Source: Octopus vulgaris (taxonomy: Eukaryota). Taken from it: 64,000 bases of DNA. The translations under genes and the position numbers were made by a program. This document shows, piece by piece, positions 50,447-62,355 of this stretch; the stretch's first letter is position 1; each line of letters starts with the position of its first letter. The notes below the pieces were generated by a model. It saw only the letters and a program-made list of their open reading frames with translations. It ran no database searches and was not told the DNA's origin. The DNA lies in the NCBI GenBank assembly GCA_951406725.2, contig OX597839.1:2418001-2482000 (forward strand). Direction: 5' to 3'.

Positions 50447-52589
50447 ATTAACCACCACCAACACCAACATGACCACCACCACTGCTCTGAAATATAGAGT
50501 GCTTGTGCATGGTTGCTAGACATGCTAGAAATAGCAGTCAAATTTCCTTGAAATTAACACCCAGTGATTCGCTTTAAAAATAACTAAAATGAAACAATAT
50601 TTCATATCTGAGAAATATATAAGGTGGGATGGTCATGGCTGGAATGCCTTTGATCACAGATTCCCTCAATCAGATCTGATTTTGGACTAAACAACAAGAA
50701 ATGAAACCACCAGAAACTTTATTTTTTTAAATGTATAAAGAAATTAGCAAAACCATAAATTTGCGAAATTAATTAAAAACCTAATTAACAAAAATCAGAC
50801 TGTTGTAATCAAATGAATCAGTCGAGTGTTTGGGTTCAAATTCTACCAAGGACTTGTGTCAGTGCTAACAATTATTATTATAATTATTGTTGTTGTTATT
50901 GTTATTATTATTATTGTTGTTGTTGTTATTAAGGTGGCAAGCTCTTAGAATCATGAACACACCTGACAAAATGCACAGTAGCATTTTACCTTTAAATTCT
51001 TTACATTCCGAGTTCAAATTCTGCTGAGGTTGACTTTGCCTTTCATTCTTTCAAGGTCGATAGAATAAGTACCAGTTGACTACTGGGGTCAATGTAATCA
51101 ACTCCCCGGAAATTGCTGGCCTTGTGCCAAAATTTGAAATTATCATCATCATCATCATCATTATTAAGGTGGTTAGCTGGTAGAATCGTTAGCATGCTGG
51201 AAGAAATGCTTAGCAGTATTTCATCTGCCGTTATGTTCTGAGTTCAAATTCCACCGAGGTCGACTTTGCCTTTCATCATTTCAGGGTCGATAAATTAAGT
51301 ACCAGTTACGCACTGGGGTTGATGTAATCGAATTAATCCGTTTGTCTATCCTTGTTTGTCCCCTCTGTGTTTAGCCCCTTGTGGGTAGTAAAGAAATAGG
51401 TATTTCACCTGTCACAACGTTGTGAGTTCAAATTCTGCTGAGGTCAACTTTGCCTTTCATCCTTTTGGGTTTGATAAATTAAGTACCAGTAAAGCACTGG
51501 GGTTGATGTAATCAATTATTCCCCTCCCCCAAATTTCAGGCCTTGCACCTATAGTAGAAAGGATTATTATTATTATAAAAATTATTATTATTATTATTAT
51601 TAACTTTTTGTTACCAAATTTCTGTTAGAGTGCGCTGACTTTATTTCAATTAATTTTGAAAACAATAAAAAATTTATTGAAATAACTTTGGAATTTTATA
51701 GGAAGGTTTTAATTTAGATCACTTCAAAACGGAATTTGTATCCTAGGAGTAGGGATAGTCTCTAGTGGGTTGGCAACAAAGGAATTAAGGTGCTGGCATG
51801 GCCAAATTGGTAGCTCATCAGGGGATAAAATAACTTGTGGAAATTTAAATATCTTATTTCACATTCAGTGTTCAAATTTCACTGAGGGCAAATTTCTTTT
51901 TTATTCACCCAGGGTTAAAAGATATAACATATCAATAAAATCAGACTAGCTTTTTCTTTCCTCCAGTAATCTTGTGCCTTATATCAGAAAACACTAAATT
52001 ACAAAATTATAAATTGTATAACCCTAATATAAAACAGATATAATATGTAATATAAATGAATGTTGTGAATATTAACACTGGAAGCAAAAGTCATTTCTGT
52101 GATTTCTTGTTTTCCAGAAATAAAATAATTTCTGAAATAAACAGATTTATATATTTTATTGTATTCAACTTTTTTGTTTTTTGTTGCTGTTGTTGTTTTT
52201 TTAAGAACAGGCATGGCTGTATGTTTAAGGATATTGCTTCCCAACCACATAGATTTGGGTTCAGTCCTATAGCATAATATTTTAGCCAAGGGTCTTCTAC
52301 TACTGGTGTGGGTGGATGGATTTGGTAGAAAGAAATTGAAAAAAGCCCTTCATATGTATATATATATATATATATATATATTCTGTTGTGTCTTGGGAGA
52401 GTCATTTTCTTTTTGTGCCTTATAATTTAACACATTCACCGGTAAAAATTCCACTTATTTCTTATAGGAAAATAAAAATAAGAAATAAGTGGAAATTTTA
52501 TTGGTGAGTGTGTTAAATCATAAGGCACAAAAAGTTGTGAAAAATGTTGCAAAATAAGCAAAATAGAAATGCAAATTCAAATGTTTTAA

Positions 52590-53080
52590 TGTACGCCCAA
52601 AGTGTGGCAGCACCAACTGCACTACAGAAACAAGTATTGCAGGAATTCCACAGTGGACACCTGAGAATGTCAAGAATGAAAGCCTTAATGAGGAGCTATG
52701 TATATTGGTCAACAACAGACCGGGACATTGAAAATTGTGTAAAATCATGTAGAGGTTGTGCGCTAGCAGCCAAAGCACCACCAGTGATATACTAACCGTG
52801 GCCTGAGATGGATAGTCCATGGTCCAAGGTACATATCAACTATGCTGGACCGGTGAAAGGTGCATACTATCTAATCGTTGTTGATAGCGGTACAAAGTGG
52901 CCAGAGGTATGCAGATGCAATAAACCAACTGCAAAGACAATAATAAAGTTCCTGTATGAATTATTTGCTTGATATGGTTAGTATCAGATAATGGAACACA
53001 GTTTACAGGTCATGATTAAAAAATTTCTGCGAAATACATGCGATAAAGCATATTTTTATGCCACCCTACCACCCAGGGTC
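52590..53080 (+). mobile_element. Ty3/gypsy integrase relic
   Basis: HHCC finger (HSGHLR...YVYW...CRGC), PWSKVHINYAGP, YLIVVDSGTKWPEV, SDNGTQF; in-frame stops. Confidence 0.8.
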
Positions 53081-56061
53081 AATATTCTACGTGTTTTATG
53101 TTCAAATTTGTTCCTGAAAGCTGTTCGTCACCCCAAATGTTCGTGAATCAAAGCTATTTTTTCCCAATGGAAATTCAAAACTAGGTACAGCAAGTTCAAG
53201 CAGGGATTTGCACTGAACGAAAGCTGGACAGCACTTGACGTTCTCCAGCTGATATTCCCAGCCTGTTCCTGAAGGACATCCATCACCTGAAATGCTCATA
53301 AACCAAAACTATTTTTCCCATAGGAAATTTAAGAGAAAGCATGGCAAATTCAAGCAGGGATGTGCATTGACTGAAAGCTGGACGTCATCACTGAAATGTA
53401 TGTAGAATGACCGTGCGAAGGAGAAGTGACGAACGAATGACTCCTTTAATACACCGCACGGTCGCTACAATAAAAGCGAAATGGATAAATGAGGAAGAGT
53501 GCCAGAATGAAAAGAAAGACGACACAACCATAGAATGTTAAGAGAAAGGTTTTATTTATGTGTTAACAGAGTGTGTCTGTGTGTGCGACATAAGTACATA
53601 TAATAATAATAATAATAATAATAATAGACAGTCCGTCATGCATACATAATGTGTATGTGTGTTCAAACAAGGGTGTATGTGTGTGAGATAAAATACAGAG
53701 CATAGAAAGAGTCTATAACAGGACGTTAGAAGAATGTTCTCGCACAATAAAGATAAATACCAGTTCGTAGTAAAGTACACAATAGTTGAAGTTCCGTAAC
53801 AAGAAGTTGTTGCTATAATGCAGCGCTGGTTGAAGCACGTGTCGTGTAAGCGGTTGTGGCTACTATGCAGAGCCAGTTACTTGATACAGGAAGATCTCAC
53901 AGGTTGTACTTTCTGTTAACCACGGTGAAGTAATTCACAAATAGTGAGGAGTTGACCCTGAGTGAATGTTGCGGTGTATGTAGAGATGTTGTCGGCGATG
54001 TTAAGATGAAGGTGACGGAGATGGAGGCCTTGAATGCTGCTGGTGTTGTCTGTCACTGGAATTGGCTGTGTGCTCTGTGGTCAGTAGTTAGACCTTAGAA
54101 GGTCTAGAACCAAAGGCGAAATATAGTTGCTGTAACTAGCTTTTTATAGGGACTAGGGGGCTCCAACGGAGATTTAGAAGACTGTGTCATGGGACCTTAT
54201 CAGAAGGTTGCGATTGGTTGGCTTGCACATTGGCGTGTAATAGAGCAAGAGACAAATTACGCCAATACCAACCAATCAGAGTAGTGGACACAACGGGGTC
54301 CAAACGGCCGAGGACTAGTTGTTAACTGCTACGTCCGTATTTATGTTATATATGTCAGAGAGAGAGAGAGAATTTCACTAAGCGTACGCTACATGTGTTT
54401 CTGAGAGGGTCTGAGAGAACCAACTTTCCAAAACCCTTGCTGCTCACTCACAAAACATTCTTTTGTTTCAATGGTTTCTGTGCCCTTAAGTCAAAATCTT
54501 ATCAACAAGAGATACAGTGGAACCCAAACTATTTTCCCCACAGGAAATCAAGAGAAAGCATGACAAATTCAAGCAGGGATGTGTTGGACATCATCACCCA
54601 AAATGTTTGTAAGCCAAAACTATTTTTCCCCATAGGAAATTTAAGAGAAAGAACGGCAAAAGCTGGACAGCAGTTGATACTCTCCAGCTGATATTCCCAG
54701 CTGGTTGCCAACCGTTGTTGCCAGCTTGTATGTTCATTACTCATGACATTACTCATTTATCTCCAGAGATACTTTATGGTTGAAGAATTGTATGTAAACT
54801 GATTTGTTCATGATGAGAGCATTCCTAAACAAAGGAAGACTTTAAACATTAACTGATTGCTAAGTTATTTAACCAAATAACAAATCAATTGCTTTCTTAC
54901 ACAGTTGGTTAATCAATCAGTCAAACAGTCTTTTGTCAAAGTTCAATGGTTCTCAAATGGAGTTCATATGGCCCTTGGGGGCCCATATAACATTTTCTTG
55001 TTAAAAATTGTTGCTACAAATTGGTGATATCTCTACAGTACATAAAATGTTTTAACAATTTTCTTATACAATTCCTAATAATATTTCATTATAAAAATAT
55101 AATAGGATTTTTTAAACATTGAATGGCTTTGAAGGTCCAATCAAAGGGGTCCATAGACAAAAAATTGTTGAGAACCGTTCGTCAAAGACCCTTTGTCACC
55201 GTTTCCAACCCCATCGAAGTGAAATTGCATCCAGTGCGTGTGTTTATTATCGGCGTAATGACCCTCCCAAGATGGAACAAAATATATTTCAATACACGAG
55301 CTCACATAAAAAGATATTGTAAATAAAATGCAAAAACGAAAAAATAAATTTTGTTAAACTTGGAAAATGTACAAAAAAAAATTCAAAGGGATGTAACTCT
55401 GTTTTACTTCTATAAGCCACAAGATGAAATTCAATTAAACTGAGTAATCCTGTCCCTTTGCTTGTAGCCAGAGAACTGCATGCGGTGGATGAAGCGTTGC
55501 TTGTGTCTTTGTCTTTCCAATTCCATAGGGTTGCACATGCAAGACACATCACACACAACGCACCGCCCGGTCCGGGAATTGAAACCACAATCTTGTGATC
55601 GTCAGTGCAACACTCTAACCAATAGGCTATGCGTCAAATGGCCCAATTTAATCGAACGTGTGTGTTTTGAGTAGTGTATATAACGATTTTGCAAATAAAT
55701 AAAAGAAATAAAAGAAAAAAGAAAGATAGATAGAAATAAAGAAAGAAAGAATGAAAGAAAATTCTAAGGCGGTATTTTGTTTCCTCCCTTTCCGTAATTT
55801 TCTTGTAACTTCTCTTATTCGAAAAATTTTTCTAATATACTCTCTTTTTTTACTCTTTTTACTTGTTTCAGTCATTTGACTGCGGCCATGCTGGAGCACC
55901 GCCTTTAGTCGAGCAAATCGACCCCGGGACTTATTCTTTGTAAGCCCAGTACTTATTCTATCGGTCTCTTTTGCCGAACCGCTAATTTACGGGGACGTAA
56001 ACACACCAGCATCGGTTGTCAAGCAATGCTAGGGGAACAAACACAGACACACAAACATATT

Positions 56062-56120
<59 letters not shown>

Positions 56121-56545
56121 GACAGGCTTCTTTCAGTTTCCGTCTACCAAATCCACTCACAAGGCATTGGTCGGCCCGGGGCTCACGCAGTGGGACTGAA
56201 CCCGGAACCATGTGGTTGGTTAGCAAGCTACTTACCAAACAGCCACTCCTGCGCCTAAATATGTTTTAAAAAGTCACGCATATTTGTATATTTTTAAGAA
56301 AAATATTCTGAGATTTGAAATTTAAATCTGAACATTTTCGAAAAAAGGTAAAAACTGTAAAGTTACTAAAAAAAGCAAGAATAAAATCACACACCCTTTT
56401 AATATTCTGCAGAATCATAATCTTCTATGTTTAAAACAAACCCGTCCATAAAGATAACAGCTTTTGGAGACTTAGATTATTTCCAATTCTATTGTGTAAC
56501 ACCAAGTTATATCCCTTCCACTTCCGTTCTTTGTGTTATCAATTA

Positions 56546-58068
56546 CACTGGTCAACAAAATGAAACTTATTTTAATCATCAGAGTTGCTGAACGACTTTT
56601 CTGGGTTAATTTTTGATGCTGATTACGAATCTGAAGTCCGATTTCCTCTCTCAGGCCACATTTTCATTTTAATGATACCTGCTGTTTTCACTTATAGGAT
56701 ACGTAAAGCATGTCTATATAAAGTACTAGCAGAAATACCCGTCGTTGACTGGGTTCAGAAAGAGTCTTTCTGAATCCAGATTTACGAAAGTTACTGCTTC
56801 GATGTTATTGAATGTTTTGTAGCGGAATATCCGCAAGCTCTTATTGGCAGGTTTCGGACTACAAATTTATAATATTTCACTAATGGTTCTGCTGATAGTC
56901 AGTCTCTTCAGCTCTTTCTCTTTTCCTACGCTGAGATTGCTTAGATAGTCCAAATCTAATTTTTTTTTTCAGAGGTATTGTAGTAGGGTGAATTAATCTA
57001 TAAGACAGGGGACTTAACTCATGTTAGCAAACTTACGGAAGTCACCGACGTGAAAATTGGTAAAAGTTATGGTTGAAAAGTTATTATTACCGCTGTCCGG
57101 AGGTACCTCGGGAAAAATAAGTTGACAAAAGCACAGCCATGGTCGTGACCAATGTACTCCTAAAATTTGAGCGATATGCGTGCTAATTTGTGGACGTGCA
57201 TAAAGTACATTCACGTACACACACACACTCGTCCTGCGTTTTATAGATATAGATATTGAATACAAAATATGATAATTTCATGACTTTTTATTGTATAAAA
57301 TTAAAATTATTGTGTACAAATAAGTTAGAATACACTCAAATGCATAACAACTTAAAATTTGGGGGATTTGAACTTTCTATGGTGTTTTGTCTCAGGTTCA
57401 TCCCTGTATAACACCCAACAGTAGTCAGCTAACATTCCAGCATTCCAAAATCCTTGATATCGTTGTCCCATCGATGCAATAACTTGATGAAAGCATTCGC
57501 CTTGCTCATCAGACTCTGCTCCAAGATTCTCTGCAAAAAAGTCCAGATGTGAATCAAGGAAATGGACTTTTAGTGACATCCGGCAGGTCATTGCAGCGTA
57601 GGATTCTAGAAGATATTTCACTCCACTTCTAAAATCTAGAGATCTCTTGTTGCCTAGGAAATTTTCACAGAGCCCTTTGAAGGATTCCCAGGCTTTAAGC
57701 TCAATCTCATCCAATGCTGTGAGGAAGTGGTTGTCCTTCAGGAGTTCTTTTATCTGTGGACCTATGAATATTCCCTCCTTCAGTTTTACCTCGGTGATTT
57801 TTGGAAATTTAGCCTTCACATATTCAAACCTTTTTGAGCTTTTCCTGGCAAGTGTCTTCATGAATTGTTTCATGAGGTCAAAATGAATACAAATAGTTAT
57901 AAAACAAAAGTCAGAATTTACCTGTATAAGTCGTTTATGTGTAGCGATACCTCATCAGAAAAACTGTGCCTGATCAAAGGAAACCAATTAAAATTTCGAA
58001 ATCCATGGACAAAGCTACATATAAACCAACATATAATATCCCTGATGAAAATTGGCTGTTGACCAGTG
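56546..58068 (-). mobile_element. Chapaev3-like (CMC) DNA transposon, internally deleted, with a nested Helitron (56726-57253)
   Basis: TIRs CACTGGTCAACA/TGTTGACCAGTG with TTA/TTT flanks. ORF 57352-57873 has KEGIFIGPQI, HFLDSHLDFF, SDEQGECFHQ, MLADYCW. Superfamily assignment is from recalled motifs. Confidence 0.7.
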
Positions 58069-58244
58069 TTTCTAGATAGAAGCAAATGAGAAATAACACT
58101 TACTGACCAAAGACAAAAAAAAAAAAATTAAAATTTTGTTACACAGTGTTATTTACTTTTGTGTTAGTAGGACAGCACGTGACAGAATCAGCAGAGTTCT
58201 CTTTCTTTCTTTCTTCCTTTCTTTCTTTCTCTCTTTCTTTCTTC

Positions 58245-58277
<33 letters not shown>

Positions 58278-58369
58278 TTTCTTTCTTTCTCTCTCTCTCA
58301 CCTCTCTCTCTTCTCTCTGTCTTTCTCTCCTTCCTTTTCTTGTGCTTATTTTTTTCCCCTCTCTTTCAG

Positions 58370-58474
58370 GTTCAACTATTTGCCATAGGTGATTCAGTCC
58401 AGATAATTGAAGATATTCGTAAAGTTAAAGAATATCAGAAAGGTCACGGAGAATGGACTGATAGCATGGCATCG
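58370..58474 (+). CDS. Isolated exon encoding a Mind-bomb REP (SH3-like) repeat, MIB1/MIB2-like
   Basis: VQLFAIGDSVQIIEDIRKVKEYQKGHGEWTDSMAS matches the FxxGDxV...QxGHGxW...M repeat of Mind bomb ligases. Long pyrimidine tract + CAG acceptor, GT donor, 105 nt phase 0-0. Confidence 0.72.
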
Positions 58475-58859
58475 GTGGGTGGATTTGTTTATTTATTTTT
58501 CTGTATAGTTCTAGACATACCCTGGACCAGCAGAAAAACAGTCAATCATTTCCACATCCCTGGCCCTCACTAACCCAGTTTTATACTTAACAGACACATT
58601 ATGTTATAGGGTCTTTATCATAAAAAAAGAAAGTAAAAAAACGGTGTGGCTGTGTGGTAAGAAGTTTGTTTCCCAACCAAATGGTCCTGGGTTCAGTCTC
58701 ACTGTGTTACACCTTGGGCAAGAATCATCTATTATAGCAGTGGTTCTTGATTTTTATCTATTCTTTTACTGGTTTCAGGTAGAGGCTGGTGGGGGGCATG
58801 CTGGAGTACCGCCTTTCAATGTTTTTGGGTCTCCTTTCAGTACTGTTCTTGGTGAAGAA

Positions 58860-59020
58860 GCAAGTTGGATGAAATTACTCTTCTTTGCGCCTCCTGTGTG
58901 ATGTGGGCTCATCTGGGATTTCAGGTAGAAATTTGTTCAAGTGCTTTTGGAATGCTTCCACAACTACACTTTGCAGATCTCTTGGGTAATTAGGCAGGAT
59001 GTTAAACAGTTAGACACTCT
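58860..59020 (-). mobile_element. CR1/L2-type LINE ORF2 3' fragment
   Basis: LFNILP..RDL...FQKHLNKFLPEIPDEP. Confidence 0.55.
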
Positions 59021-59259
59021 TTTATTACTATTTTATTGTGATGGACTCCCATAGCCATTTAATGTTTAAAAACTAGTTTTATTGCTATTTCTTTCTAAAT
59101 TCCTATTTTGTTTTTCATGTATTAACATGTTTAGGCTGAACTATGTCAAAAAATGTTAGAGAGAAAAATCTATTTGTTTCTTGCAATAAGTATATCTAAA
59201 GCAAAATGTTTTCATGAGACCCCCTAAATCTTATATAGACACTCTGAGATCATATGAAC

Positions 59260-59700
59260 CTCGGTCATTCTTTTGCAAGTGTATGTCCTCACCGTCTTAT
59301 CTTAGGGTATCTACTCCTCCTTTTGTTTTGTTGTAACATGTAATAACTTCAGGTTTCTTTTCAGCACTTTTTGAATCAATTGAAGGCTGAGAGTGCATTG
59401 TACTCATAAGTGTCACTACATAATTTTTCTTGGAACAATAAGATAGGATCATAGAATCCTTTTGAAATCAAAATATTCTGCTGTTGATTTCTCTTTCTTT
59501 TCCATTTGTGAAAGCACTTGGAAGTTCAACTCTTTTCTTTCTAACTGTTCTAGCTAAAGTAGTTTCTTGCTAAGCAGCTTTCGAGTCAATCCTTGACTTA
59601 TAAACAAAATTATCACAAGTTATATTGCGACCAGTATTTTCAAGTTGTCTTCAGCAACTCTTGAACCTTGATTTGTCTCTCTCCCTTTTACACCAGGGTC
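59260..59700 (-). mobile_element. piggyBac transposase relic
   Basis: Manual translation gives GRNITCDNF, LMSTMH and KKPEVITCYNKTKGGVDTL, with stops and frameshifts. Confidence 0.75.
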
Positions 59701-60039
59701 GGCACTGTTGTTCACGCAGTGCTCTCTCTCTCTCCCTAGCGTGAAGCTTCCTATCTCGAATGTGTGAGCATGTGCACAATGGTCAAACACCACGTCACTG
59801 GAACTGTGAAGCACACAGCTCTATATAATGATTTTTGTATTTTTTTCATAAAGTAGGGGATGGCTACTGACATTAAGCTTAAGGATTATGTAATGTACAA
59901 GTATAAAGAAGGAATTAAAGGGAAAAGGACTCATTATATTGAATGTTATTGATAATATCGAGTGGAAATAGGGGATGCTGCAGTTCCACAGTGCCTATAC
60001 ATGAGCCGTCACTGAGCGGACGTGTTTATCACAACATGA

Positions 60040-60600
60040 AGAAAATGAAGTATCGTCATCACAGTCCTTAAAACCTGTGTGCCCTACTTGATGGCTAACA
60101 CAACTTTCTGAAGTCAAAGCCCTTCTTGAAAATTATTCAGATGTCCTCATTTCTTTACAAGAGGCAACAAATGAGTTTGGCATCAACATTGCCTCCAGTG
60201 CCAATGGTATTCTTACGTGTCCCTCTACGGGTCAATGTGTTCTTGGATTGCATGTTGTAGTTCCACTACTTCAACTCCTTGAAGGATTGAACAAATCTTT
60301 TCAAAGTGCCACCGTCAATCTAGGTGGCATGTTACATAGTGTCAAACTGGTGCAGGAGGAGCTAAAAAATTTATGCAGTGAAGAAAAATTTCAGGAGCTG
60401 TTCAATACAGCAGAAAAAATGATTTATCACCTCAATATTTCTCCTTTGGAGCAAGCCAAGCAAAGAAAAGTTCCTAAAAGATACCAGGAAGGAAATGGCA
60501 TTAAAATATCAACACTGCACTGTTTTGGATCATTGCAGAGTACAGTATTTGAAGGTAGTGGAAACTGCAATAGCAAATTTGAAAGATTGTTTTTTTCATA
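60040..60600 (+). mobile_element. hAT transposase relic
   Basis: LKPVCPT*W (cf. LKxLCPTRW), LNKSFQS, RKVPKRY. Confidence 0.65.
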
Positions 60601-61183
60601 GGATTCAGCAGATTAAAAGACAATAAATTTACTTTATGATTTTTTATTCAAATGTCTGTGTTTTTTATTTTTCGTTTATTTGATATAATAAATTCTGGTG
60701 ATCTTTCGTTACAAGAACACATGACTGCTACTTTCAAGCCACCTTTGTTTTTTTTACTTTTGTAATTTTGCCTCTAACTGTCCCTTTCTCCCTTCTCTTC
60801 TTTACTTTACTCCCCTTCTCCGCTTCTTCTTCATTTAACTGTCCCTCTCCCTCTTCTTCCTCACTTTACTCCTTCTCTCCCACGTCCTCGCCGTCTTCTA
60901 CTGCTTCTCTTTACTCTCTTTTCCTCTCCCTTCTCTCCCTACTTTTTCACTTCACTCCTCCTCCTCTGCTTCTTCTCCTCATCTTCTCCCTCCATCCTCT
61001 TCATCTTCGGTTCCTCCTCCTCCTCTTACACTTCTTTTGCTCTGTATTTGTATATCTTTCCGAAGACAAACCGGCCAAGCAACAATCTCATTTGTCACAG
61101 ACGTTGACAAATCTGTTTGGCTGTTGCTGTATTTAACGCAATTCTTTCTGTCTCGAAGCGAAAACCTAGACTTCCAGTTCGTC

Positions 61184-61779
61184 ATGATAGACCTTCTGTC
61201 GTTCACTGAATCCTCAATATATATCCTCATATCCCTCGTAGTTTTAGGGATCGTTTATACGTGAGTACACAGATTATTTTTCATTCTCTTCTTGGCAGAG
61301 GTTCAGATCAGGACGATCACATAAATTGGATTTTCTTTAAAGAAGACAATAATAAATATGTGTGTGTGTTTGTGTGTGTGTGTGCCTCTTATATTAAGCA
61401 ATGTGTTTCTTTTAACCTTTTAAACTCTCCTTCACAATTCTTTCCTAGATTCAAAAAATGGCCCTATAACTATCTAAAACAGTTTGGATATCCAGGACCG
61501 GAACCCTCCTTTCCTTGGGGCAGCTTGAAAGAAATTCAACGCAAGGTCAGTATATTTGCATATCCTGTCAATATTGCTTTTCAATACAGTTGTTGTTGTT
61601 GCTGCTGCTGCTTGTTTGGGATCTATAATCAAATGCATTCTTGCCATGACATAGTTACACACGTATACTACACATATACACACATATATATTACATTTAT
61701 CTTTTTCTGCTTTTTTTTTTTTTCAGGGAAAATTTGTGGTTGATGCAGAATGGTTGAATGAATATGGCGATGTTGTGGG
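61184..61779 (+). CDS. Tandem CYP clan-3 paralog (copy 2), exons 1-3 (61184-61260, 61449-61545, 61727-61779); gene continues beyond the window
   Basis: 10 differences in 227 coding nt vs copy 1, with splice sites intact. Promoter/5'UTR homology starts near 60775, and intron-3 homology continues to position 64000 (matching about 37320). Confidence 0.88.
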
Positions 61780-61856
61780 GTAAGAATTCATTTGGTTTAA
61801 ATTCATTTACCTTTTATCTCTTTTTTAAAAAAAATATTTTACTTGTTTGACAAAAG

Positions 61857-61896
<40 letters not shown>

Positions 61897-62310
61897 ATGT
61901 ATTCACATGGAACAATAAAAACAGAATAAAATCTAAGGAAATTACGTAATGTCTTAACTCGACAGCTGTTTCAGGAAGCCAAGGGTTGTGCAATAATCAT
62001 AATTTACAGGTTCTATAAGCAAAATGACATGAGTATGCAACTGGACACATCAAAATACTACAGTAAGTCTGCTTCCCATCTTCAAGATTTGGTATTTGAA
62101 TACATACATACATGAATACACACACACATACTCCTATATATTTATATATATATAGATATATGTATGTATGTATATTTGTATGTGTATGTTTGTATATGTA
62201 TGTATATATGTATGTGTGTGTATGTGTGTGTATGAATGTGTGTGTGTGTATATATATGTATATATATATATATGTGTGTGAGTGTGTATATATTTATATA
62301 TATATATGCA

Positions 62311-62351
<41 letters not shown>

Positions 62352-62355
<4 letters not shown>

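Noticed and set aside
53401-54393. Possible solo LTR (TGTAG...CTACA) near the gypsy integrase relic
   Set aside because: No matching TSD, PBS or second LTR in the window; unresolved.
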